From assembly GCA_964016885.1 (NCBI GenBank), contig OZ024745.1, forward strand, positions 98,580,001 to 98,644,000: DNA of 64,000 nucleotides, given 5' to 3'. How positions within the stretch are numbered: the stretch's first letter is position 1; the number at the start of each line of letters is the position of its first letter. Made by a program: the position numbers and the translations under genes. The stretch comes from Eledone cirrhosa (lineage: Eukaryota). Below, piece after piece: positions 53,476 to 64,000 of the stretch. The notes below the pieces were generated by a model, which was not told the DNA's origin, did not search any database, and saw nothing but the letters and a program-made list of their open reading frames with translations.

Positions 53476-53864
53476 ATTAGAACTATATTGACTTTGAGAG
53501 TAGTAAGAACAAAAAGGTAACAAGGATATTTAGCTGCAAAAACAGCTGCACTCAAGCCAATGAGGGAGCCAGTATGTAGTCAGTCAACTTGATAGAAATA
53601 GCAGCCTGATGTCCTTCAAATTAGACCCTATCATTTTGAAAACGACGAGACATACTAAATAATATAGTCATAGATATGCAATGTTTTAGTTGGAATGCCT
53701 TTGGTCACAGGTCTACAGGATCAGGGTTGACCTAGGGCTAAATGAAATTTGGTCCTTTGTTTACTATTAGTGAAGTTTTTCTGAAGTTATCAGAAAACAA
53801 ATTGAAAGTAGAAATGTAAGCAATAAAAATGAAATAACAACCTTCTTGTCAAAACTGTAATTAC

Positions 53865-54180
53865 TGGCTTAGTGTTAGAATGCTGGGCTCATAATTGTCA
53901 GGTCGTGAGTTCAATTCACAGACCAGGTAGTGCATCGAATCATTGAGTAAGACACTTTATTTCACGTTGCTCCAGTTCACTCAGCTACAGAAATGAGTGG
54001 CGACATCACTGGTGCCAAGTTCTATCAGCCTTTGCCTTTCCCTTGGACAACATCAGTAACATGGAGAAGGGAGATTGGTATGCATGAGCAACTGCAGGTC
54101 TTCCACAAAAACACTTTGATTAGGCTTGTGCTTTGGAGGAGAACTTTCTAGGTGCAAACCCATGGTTATTCATGACTGGA
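53865..54180 (+). mobile_element. tRNA-derived SINE with CORE-like body, different tail (related copy ~63175-63430)
   Basis: TGGCTTAGTG, GAGTTCAATTC, GAGTAAGACACTTTATTTCACGTTGCTCCAGTTCACTCAGCT shared with 17127 SINE; tail unrelated. Confidence 0.7.
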
Positions 54181-54219
54181 TGGGACCAACTACACATCAA
54201 GTGTATATACACTAATGGT

Positions 54220-54307
54220 TTACACATCAAATCCTATATTGCTACAGAAACAGAAGATTTTGCTGTCAGTGTGAAGTTTTGTTGGTTGAATACATGAAGT
54301 TAAACAC
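54220..54307 (-). CDS. Candidate alternative terminal (or cassette) exon: CLTSCIQPTKLHTDSKIFCFCSNIGFDV*
   Basis: Acceptor TTTTATTTCAG; only the phase-2 frame is open, matching exon 54467-54543 across a 159 nt intron. Confidence 0.5.
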
Positions 54308-54466
54308 CTGAAATAAAATTTCATAAAAATCAATAAACAAAATGAGGTCAATAATATTGGCCTTAATTCACAGCTGATCCCCCCCACCAACATTTACAAT
54401 CCTCCCTTCGAAATCCTTCTCACCAAAATTTACATTCAAACATGTACAATCGAAGACATTACTCAC

Positions 54467-54543
54467 ATATAACTGTCTTCAATTATATTGAAACTTTCAC
54501 CAACTTTGTCTTCCACAGTCGACAATACAGGATGATCAAAATA
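54467..54543 (-). CDS. Internal coding exon (77 nt, phase 0-2): YFDHPVLSTVEDKVGESFNIIEDSY
   Basis: Acceptor CTTTTCTTTTTATTTCAG, donor GTGAGT, open frame. Confidence 0.75.
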
Positions 54544-55177
54544 CTGAAATAAAAAGAAAAGCAATTGAGATAATCACTTTCTGTAGAAAATTGATTTCTA
54601 TTTTTAGTCTACAAATCAAGAACAGTTGAGTGAAAGTATAAACAACATTATGTTTGTAATTAATAAATATGCTACCATAGTCACAGGTAAACACACAATT
54701 TATTTCTCATACACACATATACACACACTATTTATTTCTCATACACACATACATACACATGCTATTTCTTTCTCATACACACACACTATTAACATTTAAC
54801 AACAACTAGTGACAGTAACACTGTAGTAAATATGTGTTGAAAATGAGAAATAAAACAATATATTAGAGACAGACTAGTGTTAAGTGTGTGTGGCAGGTGG
54901 GGGCGGGGGGGGGGGGGGGGGGTAGTTCTGCTGAGGTCATAACAACCTCTGTACTGTTAGTAAATGATGAAATACACACTGTGAGGTGGTTGGTCTTAGG
55001 GAGGGCATTCAGCTATACACACCATGCTGATAATGGAATAAGTGAGCAACATGTGTTTCTCCAATTTGTCTAGTAAGACAGTAGCTCAAAATATGAACTG
55101 AATCAGACTATGACTCCAACCCATGTCAGTATTAAAAGTGGATGGAACATGATAATAATGATATATATATATATATA

Positions 55178-56058
55178 CAGGGTGTGGACGATATCTGTTC
55201 GCAAGATTACTGTCTAGGAAAAAATAACACAGTAGTTTTATTTTTTAAGATTTATTTATCAAACTTGGGTCAGTTTGTCTTCATGACTTGTTCTTTCGAT
55301 CTCACTCGATAAACCCGCCATTAGCTTTGATGACGGCCTCAAGGCAGTCTTGGAACTGGCTACAGGCCTTCGTCACTGTTCCCCGACTAAAGGCACTTGT
55401 GATCCTGGCCTTCAGATCGTCTTTCGTATTGCAGCTAGATCTGTTGGTGTCTCGGTCCACTGCACCCCACACAAAGAAGTCGAGGGGGCTGCAGTCAGGC
55501 CAGCTGGGAGGCCAGATGTCAGGTGAAGTGTGGTCAACGAAGTTCTGACAGCCAGGCTTGGGTCTTTTGGCTGGTATGACAGGGCGCTGAGTCTTGCTGC
55601 CACACATATGGCCTACCTGCAGCTACCTGGTCGATCCAGGGCTTTACTAGCTCGGTCAGAACGCGGATGTAGCCATCGGTGTTCAGCTTGAGGCCCTCAG
55701 GGTAGAAGTGAGGTGGCATAGCATCACCTTGACTGCAGACGACACCTAAGACCAATGTTGTCGCTGGAAACTTTGTCTGCATGACTCTGGGAACGTCTTT
55801 GGATGAGACAGCGAGCCACCTGTGGTTCTGGGAGTTTCTGAAATGTCCTTATTTGTCCTCCCGGCGCGGATTCCAAGAAGAACTCTGTGTCTCTTCCACA
55901 AATTTGGAGGTTCAAAATTATTCCTAATCAATTTTTCTGAAAATTAATAATGGACATATAGTCACTGTTTTTATGAAGACAAGAGTGACAACGGAAGTAA
56001 ATAAAATGTGCATAAAATTAGCAGTTGAAAATTGCGAACAAATATCGTCCGCACACTG
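55178..56058 (-). mobile_element. Internally deleted DD37D (maT-type) Tc1/mariner element
   Basis: 27 bp TIRs CAG(G/T)GTG(T/C)GGACGATAT(C/T)TGTTCGCAA, TA flanks; WQQDSAPCH...WPPSWPDCSPLDFFVWG with 37 residues between the Asp residues after correcting one frameshift. Confidence 0.92.
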
Positions 56059-56469
56059 TATATATATATATCTTTCAATGTGCACTTAGATCTTACCCAA
56101 TCAACTCTGGAAAGTGGTTAGCAGTGGTGCTACAAAAAATACTTGCAGTACACAAAGTTAGGTGGTTGACTTTAAGAAGGGCATCCAGCCATAGAAAGCA
56201 TGCCAAATATGGAACATGTGAGCAAGAGAGGTTACTTTCAGCTATGCCAGTGTGCAAAAGCAGATGTAAAATTATGATAATAATGATGGTGACCTCATAT
56301 TTAAGTATACTCAATGACTCCTTTCAAGCCTACACATTTATGATAAACAAAAACCAATAATACACTGAAAAAGCAGACAGTATGTAGCTCAGGAAAATGC
56401 ACCAGAAAAACATCACAATATCACTACTGATCAACATCTAACTAAAACTATCAATAATATCACTACTGA

Positions 56470-56818
56470 TCAATGTGTGCAATGTCAATGTGCATGAACA
56501 ACCAAGCACTGACGATTTGAGAGTGAAACTGTGTATAAGAGGGATAAACTGCAGTATGCTGGAGGGAAGACTGTGTTGCACATGGAAGATGTCCGCTGGG
56601 TGAAGAAATGCCAAGAAATCCCGGTGGAAGGAAGATGCAGTGGAGGAAAACCACGAAAAATATGGGCGGAGGTGGTAAGAGTTGACTTCAGACCACTGAA
56701 CCTCACAGAGGTGATGACAAGGGACCATGAGAAATGGAGTGATGCTGTGCTAAAGAGGACCCGTCCCACCCTTGCAAGCAAGGAAAAGTGGACGTAAAAT
56801 GATGATGATGATGATGAT
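56470..56818 (+). mobile_element. RTE family C 3' fragment
   Basis: [38 protein letters not shown], (GAT)n. Confidence 0.9.
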
Positions 56819-57296
56819 ATGCAGGTCAAATTATGATTTCTTCTTAAATATATTATTTTACTTGTTATATTCTTAATCTTCAAAGTAGTAATATACATAA
56901 GTATTGTACCTAAATAAAATTTGGAATGAACAATACTCCGCAAAATATAGATTTTAGCCTGTATAAAGCATATTTCAGCTGATTTATGGTATAATATCCA
57001 CGCTGGCGTGGGTTAGACGAGTTGTCCCATTGTGAGATAACCGAGATCAGATGACCATGTCTTGCTCATACATACACATATATGCAAATGAGAATATCCA
57101 GATGTTACATATGTAAAACCTCTAGATAAGCGACAGCTTATTTTACCTCTGAAACAAGTGGACAAACATCCTAAAACATTAGTGTCTGTTCTCACATAGC
57201 TACTGAGGTATTTGTGACATGATCAGAGAGAGACATGCATGTTTTTTATACATAAACATATTGTTATATTGCATATGTTTTCATAAACACCTTATT

Positions 57297-57338
<42 letters not shown>

Positions 57339-57519
57339 TATATACAATTATGAAATGAAGGTTATCGAATAGATCCAACACAGTGCCGGTCATTTTCTCA
57401 CTCACTCAATAATTTAATTTTTTTCTATTCAGGCGTTTTTAATTGATTTATGTAATTGTCACTCTAATACATCCTTGATATGGTTACAATAACCTAACAT
57501 TCCAAATCTTTTTTTTTTC

Positions 57520-58716
57520 CAGGTTGAAGGTTCAGGCTGCTACAGCACTTTAAACACTACTCGTCATACATGTCTTGTCACAGCCGATTTGTTCCACAAT
57601 GCAGTTGGGACGTAAGGACAACTTGGAGGCTTGATATGCAATAAATTTTTGAGTCAAGCTCAGCAGAAATGCTACAGAAATCTATGAAATCATCAAAACT
57701 GCTTACAGACTAACTTTCATTAGCCGGGCGAGTGTTTTCGACTGACATCAGAGGTTCCAGGAGGGTAAGGAGCTGTTGAGGGATGATGAGGTGTGGCGGT
57801 CAGAGGGACATCAAGACATTTAAGTTGGTTGACAAAACTCACAAATATCTGGACGATGACCATCATGCATCTCTTCTGACAATTGCTAAACAATTTGAAG
57901 TGGCTGAGGGCACTGTGCACAGACCCATTCATGACGATCTGAATATACACAAAGTTTGTTCCCAGGGTGCTCAATGAAGATCAAAGTCAGAGGCACATTG
58001 GTGACAGCAGTGAGATGATCAAGTGGACCGCTTCAAATCCATGGGTCCTTGCATCTCTGGTAATCTATAACAAGAGCTGGGTCTACTATTATGATCCAGA
58101 GACCAAGAGACAGAGTGCCAAGTGGAAACATTGACTCCCCAAGACCCAAGAAGGCCAGGCAAAACACATCCACTGGGAAGCTCAGGATGATCCCATTCTT
58201 CGACAGCAATGGCATCATCTACATACACTGAGTCACACACAGTCAGACAGTCAACAAAGTAATATGTAAAAGTTTTGAGGCTGTTCAGAAAGAGATTTTG
58301 TCGCAAGAGAGCAGAACTCTTCAAGTCTGGTCAGTGGCTTCTGCGCCAGGACAATGACACCTGCCACAAATCCATCCGGGTGACCAACTACTTGACTAAT
58401 ATGGGGATCAAGATTCTCCCTCATCCTCCCTACAGTCCAGACTTAGCCCAATGCGACTTCTGGATGTTCTTGAACCTGAAGAAGCTTAGTGGTATCCATT
58501 GTGAGGATGTGGAAGAGATTAAGGAGGCTGTGACAAGCACCCTGGACACCTTCACTTTGGAGGACTACAAGAGAGCCTTCCAGAAGTGGCTGGAGGGCTA
58601 CAAGTGCATTGAAGTTGGAGGATCCTACTTTGAGGGAGACAAGAGTTTTGTGTTGATCTATGTTAAATAAATGTCTCTCTGATAAAAGTCTCAAAACTTC
58701 TTCAGTGTACCTTGTA
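57520..58716 (+). mobile_element. Decayed mariner (DD34D) transposon
   Basis: HTH N-terminus from ~57599, WVYYYDPETKRQSAKW, QDNDTCH...PHPPYSPDLAQCDFWMF (34-residue spacing); many stops/frameshifts; left TIR not identified. Confidence 0.9.
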
Positions 58717-59672
58717 CCTTAATTATTGAGAAATTGATTTCATGTAGGTAGGGAATTTGATTTTCCAGTTATGTACAAATGCATTAGTTTCTGTGATTCC
58801 GCTCTGCCAATAGTAGTCTGAATGGAACCACCATGTTGGCACGAGTTGGACAGGAATTTTTAGAGCTGCCCATCTCGACACTAACCCTTTCAATTGCTTT
58901 TTACATTATGCAGAGATATGATGTACATATAATAGACAAAATTATCAATGTTCAAAATTATTAAAGTGGTACATAACAATTATATATCAGATAAAATTTC
59001 ACAGGAAGTTTTGACGTTCATCGTGTCAAGTAACTTCAGATGTTATCTCTAATACTTATTGTTTATATAGAAAACATGCATAATCTTATATATCTGGTTT
59101 TAAATATAATCTATTTAATCATTCAAATTATTTTGCACCAATATCTAATTCGCTGTTTCTCAAACTTTTCACATAGGTGACACACTTTTCAAAACTAAAT
59201 TTTTTATGGCATATTAATTTACCATTTCATTAGCCATATTCCTAATGAAAGACACTACCTATGGTTTTCAAAACATTTTGAAAATAATTGAGAATTTGAA
59301 GGGATTTAGTAAAATAACTAACTTTTTCATTAAGTTGATGTTTGTAACATAACAAAGGTTCTTACATAAAATCATGATGTAAGGGTTTTAGATAAATATA
59401 AAATAAACAGTTTTGTATCATTGAATCGGGGGCAGTTTCAAGAAATTTGGTATCAAAATGGTTAAGTTTTGTTAGCAACATGAAATTGGTAAAATGAATA
59501 AATATATATATATCAATACCATATCCCATGTCTAATTGTATAAAGAATTGTTAGAACTGAAATAGACAAAAGGTACTGTTCTCTCCACCCTTTAAATCTT
59601 AAACATTTCTTTACTGGTGTTTGTTTTCAGAACAGTCATTTTCCAGTGTAGATTGCTTTTATTGTCACTTAA

Positions 59673-59913
59673 CCCTTTAGCATTTAAACCGGCCATATTT
59701 GGTCAGAATTCCCTCACCTCTTTCTGTTCAAACCAGCCTTAACTGGCCATTCATATTGATGTTAAGGTATTGCTCTCAAAATAAATAGTATCAAAATCTC
59801 ATAGATTCAATATTATGTGAGATAATTATGTAAGATAAAGCCTTTACTGCGAAAATACAATACTATATATAGTATAGTGCACAATAATGTAGAGTAATGC
59901 AAATGCTAAAGGG
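59673..59913 (-). mobile_element. piggyBac-type MITE copy 6
   Basis: TTAA|CCCTTTAGCATTTA...AAATGCTAAAGGG|TTGA. Confidence 0.88.
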
Positions 59914-61539
59914 TTGAACAAAAATAAACTCCTCTTAATTTTGCAGATTAGTTTACAAGATTGTCTTAGATGTGTTAGAATATGTACCTAGCTTTGATAA
60001 GACATTGGAAATTTTCACATGGGCGCCTTCTGTATGAAGAACATATTTAACAGCTCTATATTATTTTCAATCAAATGAAAGTATAACCCTCATAAGAAGT
60101 CAGTGGATTAGCACTATCGTTAGAGAGTCAGACACCATGCTTTTCAGCATAGAGTTATGGCCCTTTACGGTCTGAGTTCAACTCCCACAGAGGTTAACTT
60201 TGCTTTTCATCCTTATGGGGTCAATGAAATAAAGCACCAGTAACATACTGGGGTCAATCTAATCGACTTTCCTCTCACCCAAATTACTGGCCTTGTGCCT
60301 ATACTAGAAATCATGAAAATTTAGTCCTGGAAGGAGCAGGAGAAAGAACTCCAGAAATTTCAATCAGCCAAAAAAAGAAACAATGACTTGAAGGGGAAAG
60401 TGATCCTGATCTTTGACTGCTATGATGACAACTCCAGACATCTTTCAGTGTTTTAAACCTCCTCAACAAAGCACAGTTCACTAAACAGCAACCAACATCT
60501 CAAAACAGAAAGTAAATGTTTTCCTTAACAACATTTCCTGATAAGGGAAACTGAAATTTAAGCTTATTGGTATTTCAGAAGTTATCTCACCTTCCTCTTT
60601 TGAGAGTAAATTTTCATTAATGCTAATGGCATTTTTCTCGTTATGGTTATAATTTCATTAATGCTAATGACTTTTTTCTCATTATGGTTATAATTTCAAT
60701 TAATTAGAAATTAATTTTGGTTCAAGTATAATAACCTGTACTTAACTATATTATTTTCATGCATACGGGCTCCATGGGAAACTTTCCAATGTCATTTATT
60801 ATAATTTACCTAATTAGTGAATGTTTTACACACAAAAAGCTATTTCTATTAGTTATTCAATGCTTTACTAAGAAGGTCCAATAAAACCAAAACAACTCCA
60901 TGTCACCAGGGTGTGCCAATACATCCAGAGTTGTCACCATGGTATGCCAAAAATGAGATTTGCTCTTGAGCCCCTCTCTACCTGCATATCTCCAATTAAG
61001 TTTTGGATGATTCAAATTTCAGGAGTTCTCACCCATGACCTTATGAGACTAAAATTTTCATTAACACTAACTCATTAGGGTTATAATTTCAATTAATTAG
61101 TTATTTTCAATTTTCCTCGAGTACAGTAGCCTGCACTTAACGAGCTATGCAAAGGTTTGTTTCTAGATGGAAAGCTCTCAAGCTATAAACACCAAATTCA
61201 ACAATGAAACAAGAAAGAAAGATAAGATTTTTTTGACACATTTGTGTGATGGTTAAGTGATGAAGTGAAGTGGGAAGTAACAATTATATTACCAACTTAG
61301 ATATTCTGTATATTAAGATAGTTACACAGGGCAGCAGACAGACAGAATACTTGGCAATATTTGTTCAGACTCTTTACATTGTAGGCTCAAATCTTGCTGA
61401 GATCAACTTTACCTTTCATCCTTCCAAAGTAGATAAAATAAAGTACCAGTCCAATACTAGAGTCGTGTTAAGTGACTCTTTCCTCCTTCCAAATTGCTGG
61501 TCTTGTGCTTAAGTTAGAAACCACATTAAATTAACTACA

Positions 61540-61880
61540 AACATCCTTGACTACATCCAAAAAGGCCAGCCATCTGATTGGCAAGATTCCCTCACTCTAA
61601 ACCTTCCAGCTATTAGACACACTTCCTCCCGCTCTTTCTCGCTCTAATATCTCAACTACAATAGTCTCTCTTCTCAACAATCTAGCTGCTTCCTTTTTCA
61701 ATGTATCCCCATCTAACACACCAGTTTCTATTCTTCCTATAACCAATGTCTCTCATTGCCCAAATCCTGCACTAAATATTTCTCCTACACCACCCCTCTC
61801 TGTCCCTAAACAGACACTCTCTGGTCATTTCCCTTCCATTTGACACTCTTGCATAGATCTCACCAGTTTGAAGTGCAATC
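61540..61880 (+). mobile_element. Highly decayed CR1/L2/Jockey-group LINE 3' fragment
   Basis: ILDYIQK.A.HLIG.DSLT.NL...RH...SLS-like remnants; pyrimidine-rich. Confidence 0.35.
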
Positions 61881-62438
61881 GCCCCCCCCCCCCCCACACA
61901 CACACACACACATACACCTTTTCAGTCATCTTCATCAAAATTTAATGTCTATTTTCCCTACTATTGACTATTGAAGGTTAGACAAGTCATAACAAAGTCA
62001 GTACTTAATCGGAGTCACAGACCTCTCAGACAAGCTATGGACTGCATCTCACTCAACAGAGCGCACTGGGTGCATTTTATTTTGGCACCAGCACTGGGGA
62101 GGTTGTCATGTCTTTGACACAACTGAAGAGTTCAGATCCTGCTATGGTCTTATTGAGGGTAAACCTAATCCATCACTTAGTTTATCATCACCACCTGGCA
62201 CCATGGGTGCCTTTAGCAGAGCCCAGTCTGAGGCAAGCATTCAGAGGTCTATGGTTTGAGGATACCTTCCTCCCTCACTCCATCCTACCAGTCAAGGGGT
62301 TCTAAAATAAAGATAAATGTACAGCCATTTCCTTAAAACCTTTTACCACAAAACAGTCATACAGTCCTATCCTGATGAGATTTGGAATGAGGAAAAAAAA
62401 ACATTGCTTTTTAAACAAGAAACTGAGGCTTCTGTAAT

Positions 62439-62659
62439 GTTGGTTTCTGATTTAGGCATAAGACCAACAATTTTTGGGGAGGAGAAAGTCGATTAAATTG
62501 ACCCCAGTGCATTACTGGTACTTTATTTTATCAACCCCATCAGGATGAAAGGCAAAGCTAACCTCAATTTGAACTCAGATCACAAAGGGGAAGGGGTGTA
62601 ACCCTATGCCATAAAGCATGTCAGATGCTCTACCAATACTGCCAATCAAAAATAGTCTT
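62439..62659 (-). mobile_element. Meta-like SINE with 13 bp TSD
   Basis: AGGCTTCTGTAAT at 62426-62438 and 62660-62672. Confidence 0.8.
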
Positions 62660-64000
62660 AGGCTTCTGTAATATTAAATCATTTTTAATTTCCTTGTTTT
62701 TGTTTCACAAATGTCTTAAAAAATCATATTTTCTTGACATAAAATAAATCAAGCTGAGAGCCATCAAATTGATGTCTTCCACTCTATATCAGAATTTAGG
62801 AAACTAACATGTTCAACTAGAAAGTCATGGTTTAATTCTTATGAAAACTGTTTTTCTTTATCCCATAATCTCTTACAAAAATAACACTAGACAACAGTTT
62901 AGAGGAAAATAAGGTCACCAATACACAATCATTATTTTTTAGCATGATTGTTATTGTTGATAATAAAGTAGTTATGACCTGCACCAGCAGTTCAGTATTA
63001 AATAACATTAACAACAACAATTATGATAAAGAAACATTATACCAGACATAAAAATAAACATAAATTTCTAATCTAAAATATAATTATATAACATCCATGT
63101 TGCAACAAAGAAAATTAGAAGAAACTATAGAAAGAGAGAAACATTCATTTATGGTTTTTTTACACTAATTACTAAGCATGTAGCTTAGTGGTTAGTGTAC
63201 TGGCATGATCAGGTGTTCAATTCTCAAATGAAGTGCGATGCTATGTCCTTGAGCAAAGCACTTCATTTCACGCTGTTCCAGAGCACTCAGCTGAAAAAAA
63301 TGAGTATCAGCAACAGCAGTTGGAAGTTAATCTTAAGATGGACTGGTGTCCCATCCCCAAGGGTATCTTGTACTTTCAATTACTTAACACCCAATAGAAA
63401 CCAGGATAAGCTCTGGCCTGATAAGATTTAAAGGTCAAGAAAAACGTTTTTTTTTTAACATTACTCCTAGTCAAGGCTAACACTACCATTAAGGCCAACT
63501 AGGCAGCTTCCTAAGGTGCAGATCTCAGAAAGATGCATCACTGAACCTGAAAGGGTCACAGTTTTATACAAATTTGTATAATTAAATAAAATATATAATA
63601 ATTTCCTATTATCAATTAAAAAGAAAAAAAATCACTAAATATATTTTCCCTGAAGTAAACATTGTGAAAATATCCAAATCAATGGTGATTGTTGTATGGT
63701 ATATGGCATGGTGGGGTGTGGACTATGTAGTAGAAAATATAGGCTTAGTAATTTTCTTAGTGCACATCGTCAGAGCAAGATATATCAAAAACTAGGTTTG
63801 TCAGCTTGCCAAATTGTAAGTTGAAAATATTTTATTTGGAAGAATGAGACAAATAACTGGAAGAAGAGAGTACACATTATAGAGCTAGCCTAGGGCACTA
63901 AATACCCAAGAGTACTGGCCCAGTACCTGGTGGTACTATCACTGAAGAAATGATTATTATAGAGCTAGCCTAGGGCACTAAATACCCAAGAGTGCTGGCT

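Noticed and set aside
59988-60055. Possible further minus-strand exon (AVKYVLHTEGAHVKISNVLSKL)
   Set aside because: Weak acceptor and donor (GTACAT), phase does not match the exon at 54543.
63876-63993. 38 bp direct repeat ATTATAGAGCTAGCCTAGGGCACTAAATACCCAAGAGT at 80 bp spacing
   Set aside because: Only two copies at the window edge; cannot distinguish local duplication from start of a tandem array.

Overview
Eukaryotic, AT-rich, repeat-dense DNA, most likely a cephalopod (Octopus-type SINEs, abundant (TA)n, RTE LINEs with (GAT)n tails); the taxon is inferred from repeat style only. Nearly all long ORF-track entries are microsatellite artefacts or retroelement pieces. Real content: (1) a few small, phase-compatible exons of an unidentified minus-strand host gene at about 54.2-54.5 kb and 6.4-8.2 kb, implying that most of the window may be one ~46 kb intron; (2) three related RTE-clade LINE families, including one intact 1039-aa ORF (APE endonuclease + RT with a C4HC3 PHD-type finger inserted inside the RT), stacked in the same orientation inside (TA)n/(TA)nCA microsatellites and sharing a covarying 3' RNA hairpin with a tRNA-derived SINE whose tail is a chimera of two of these families; (3) a decayed CRE-clade (RT + restriction-like endonuclease) retrotransposon plus four 3' fragments; (4) a well-formed minimal type I hammerhead ribozyme and a degenerate second one in Penelope-like context; (5) DD37D and DD34D Tc1/mariner relics, a pogo relic, TTAA-flanked piggyBac-type MITEs, Tigger-like MITEs, non-autonomous Helitrons; (6) a 3.8 kb G-rich ~55 bp minisatellite with a higher-order duplication and a 5.1 kb (TA)nCA array. 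No CRISPR, rRNA or genuine tRNA gene is supported. Coordinates were read by eye and may be off by a few bases.
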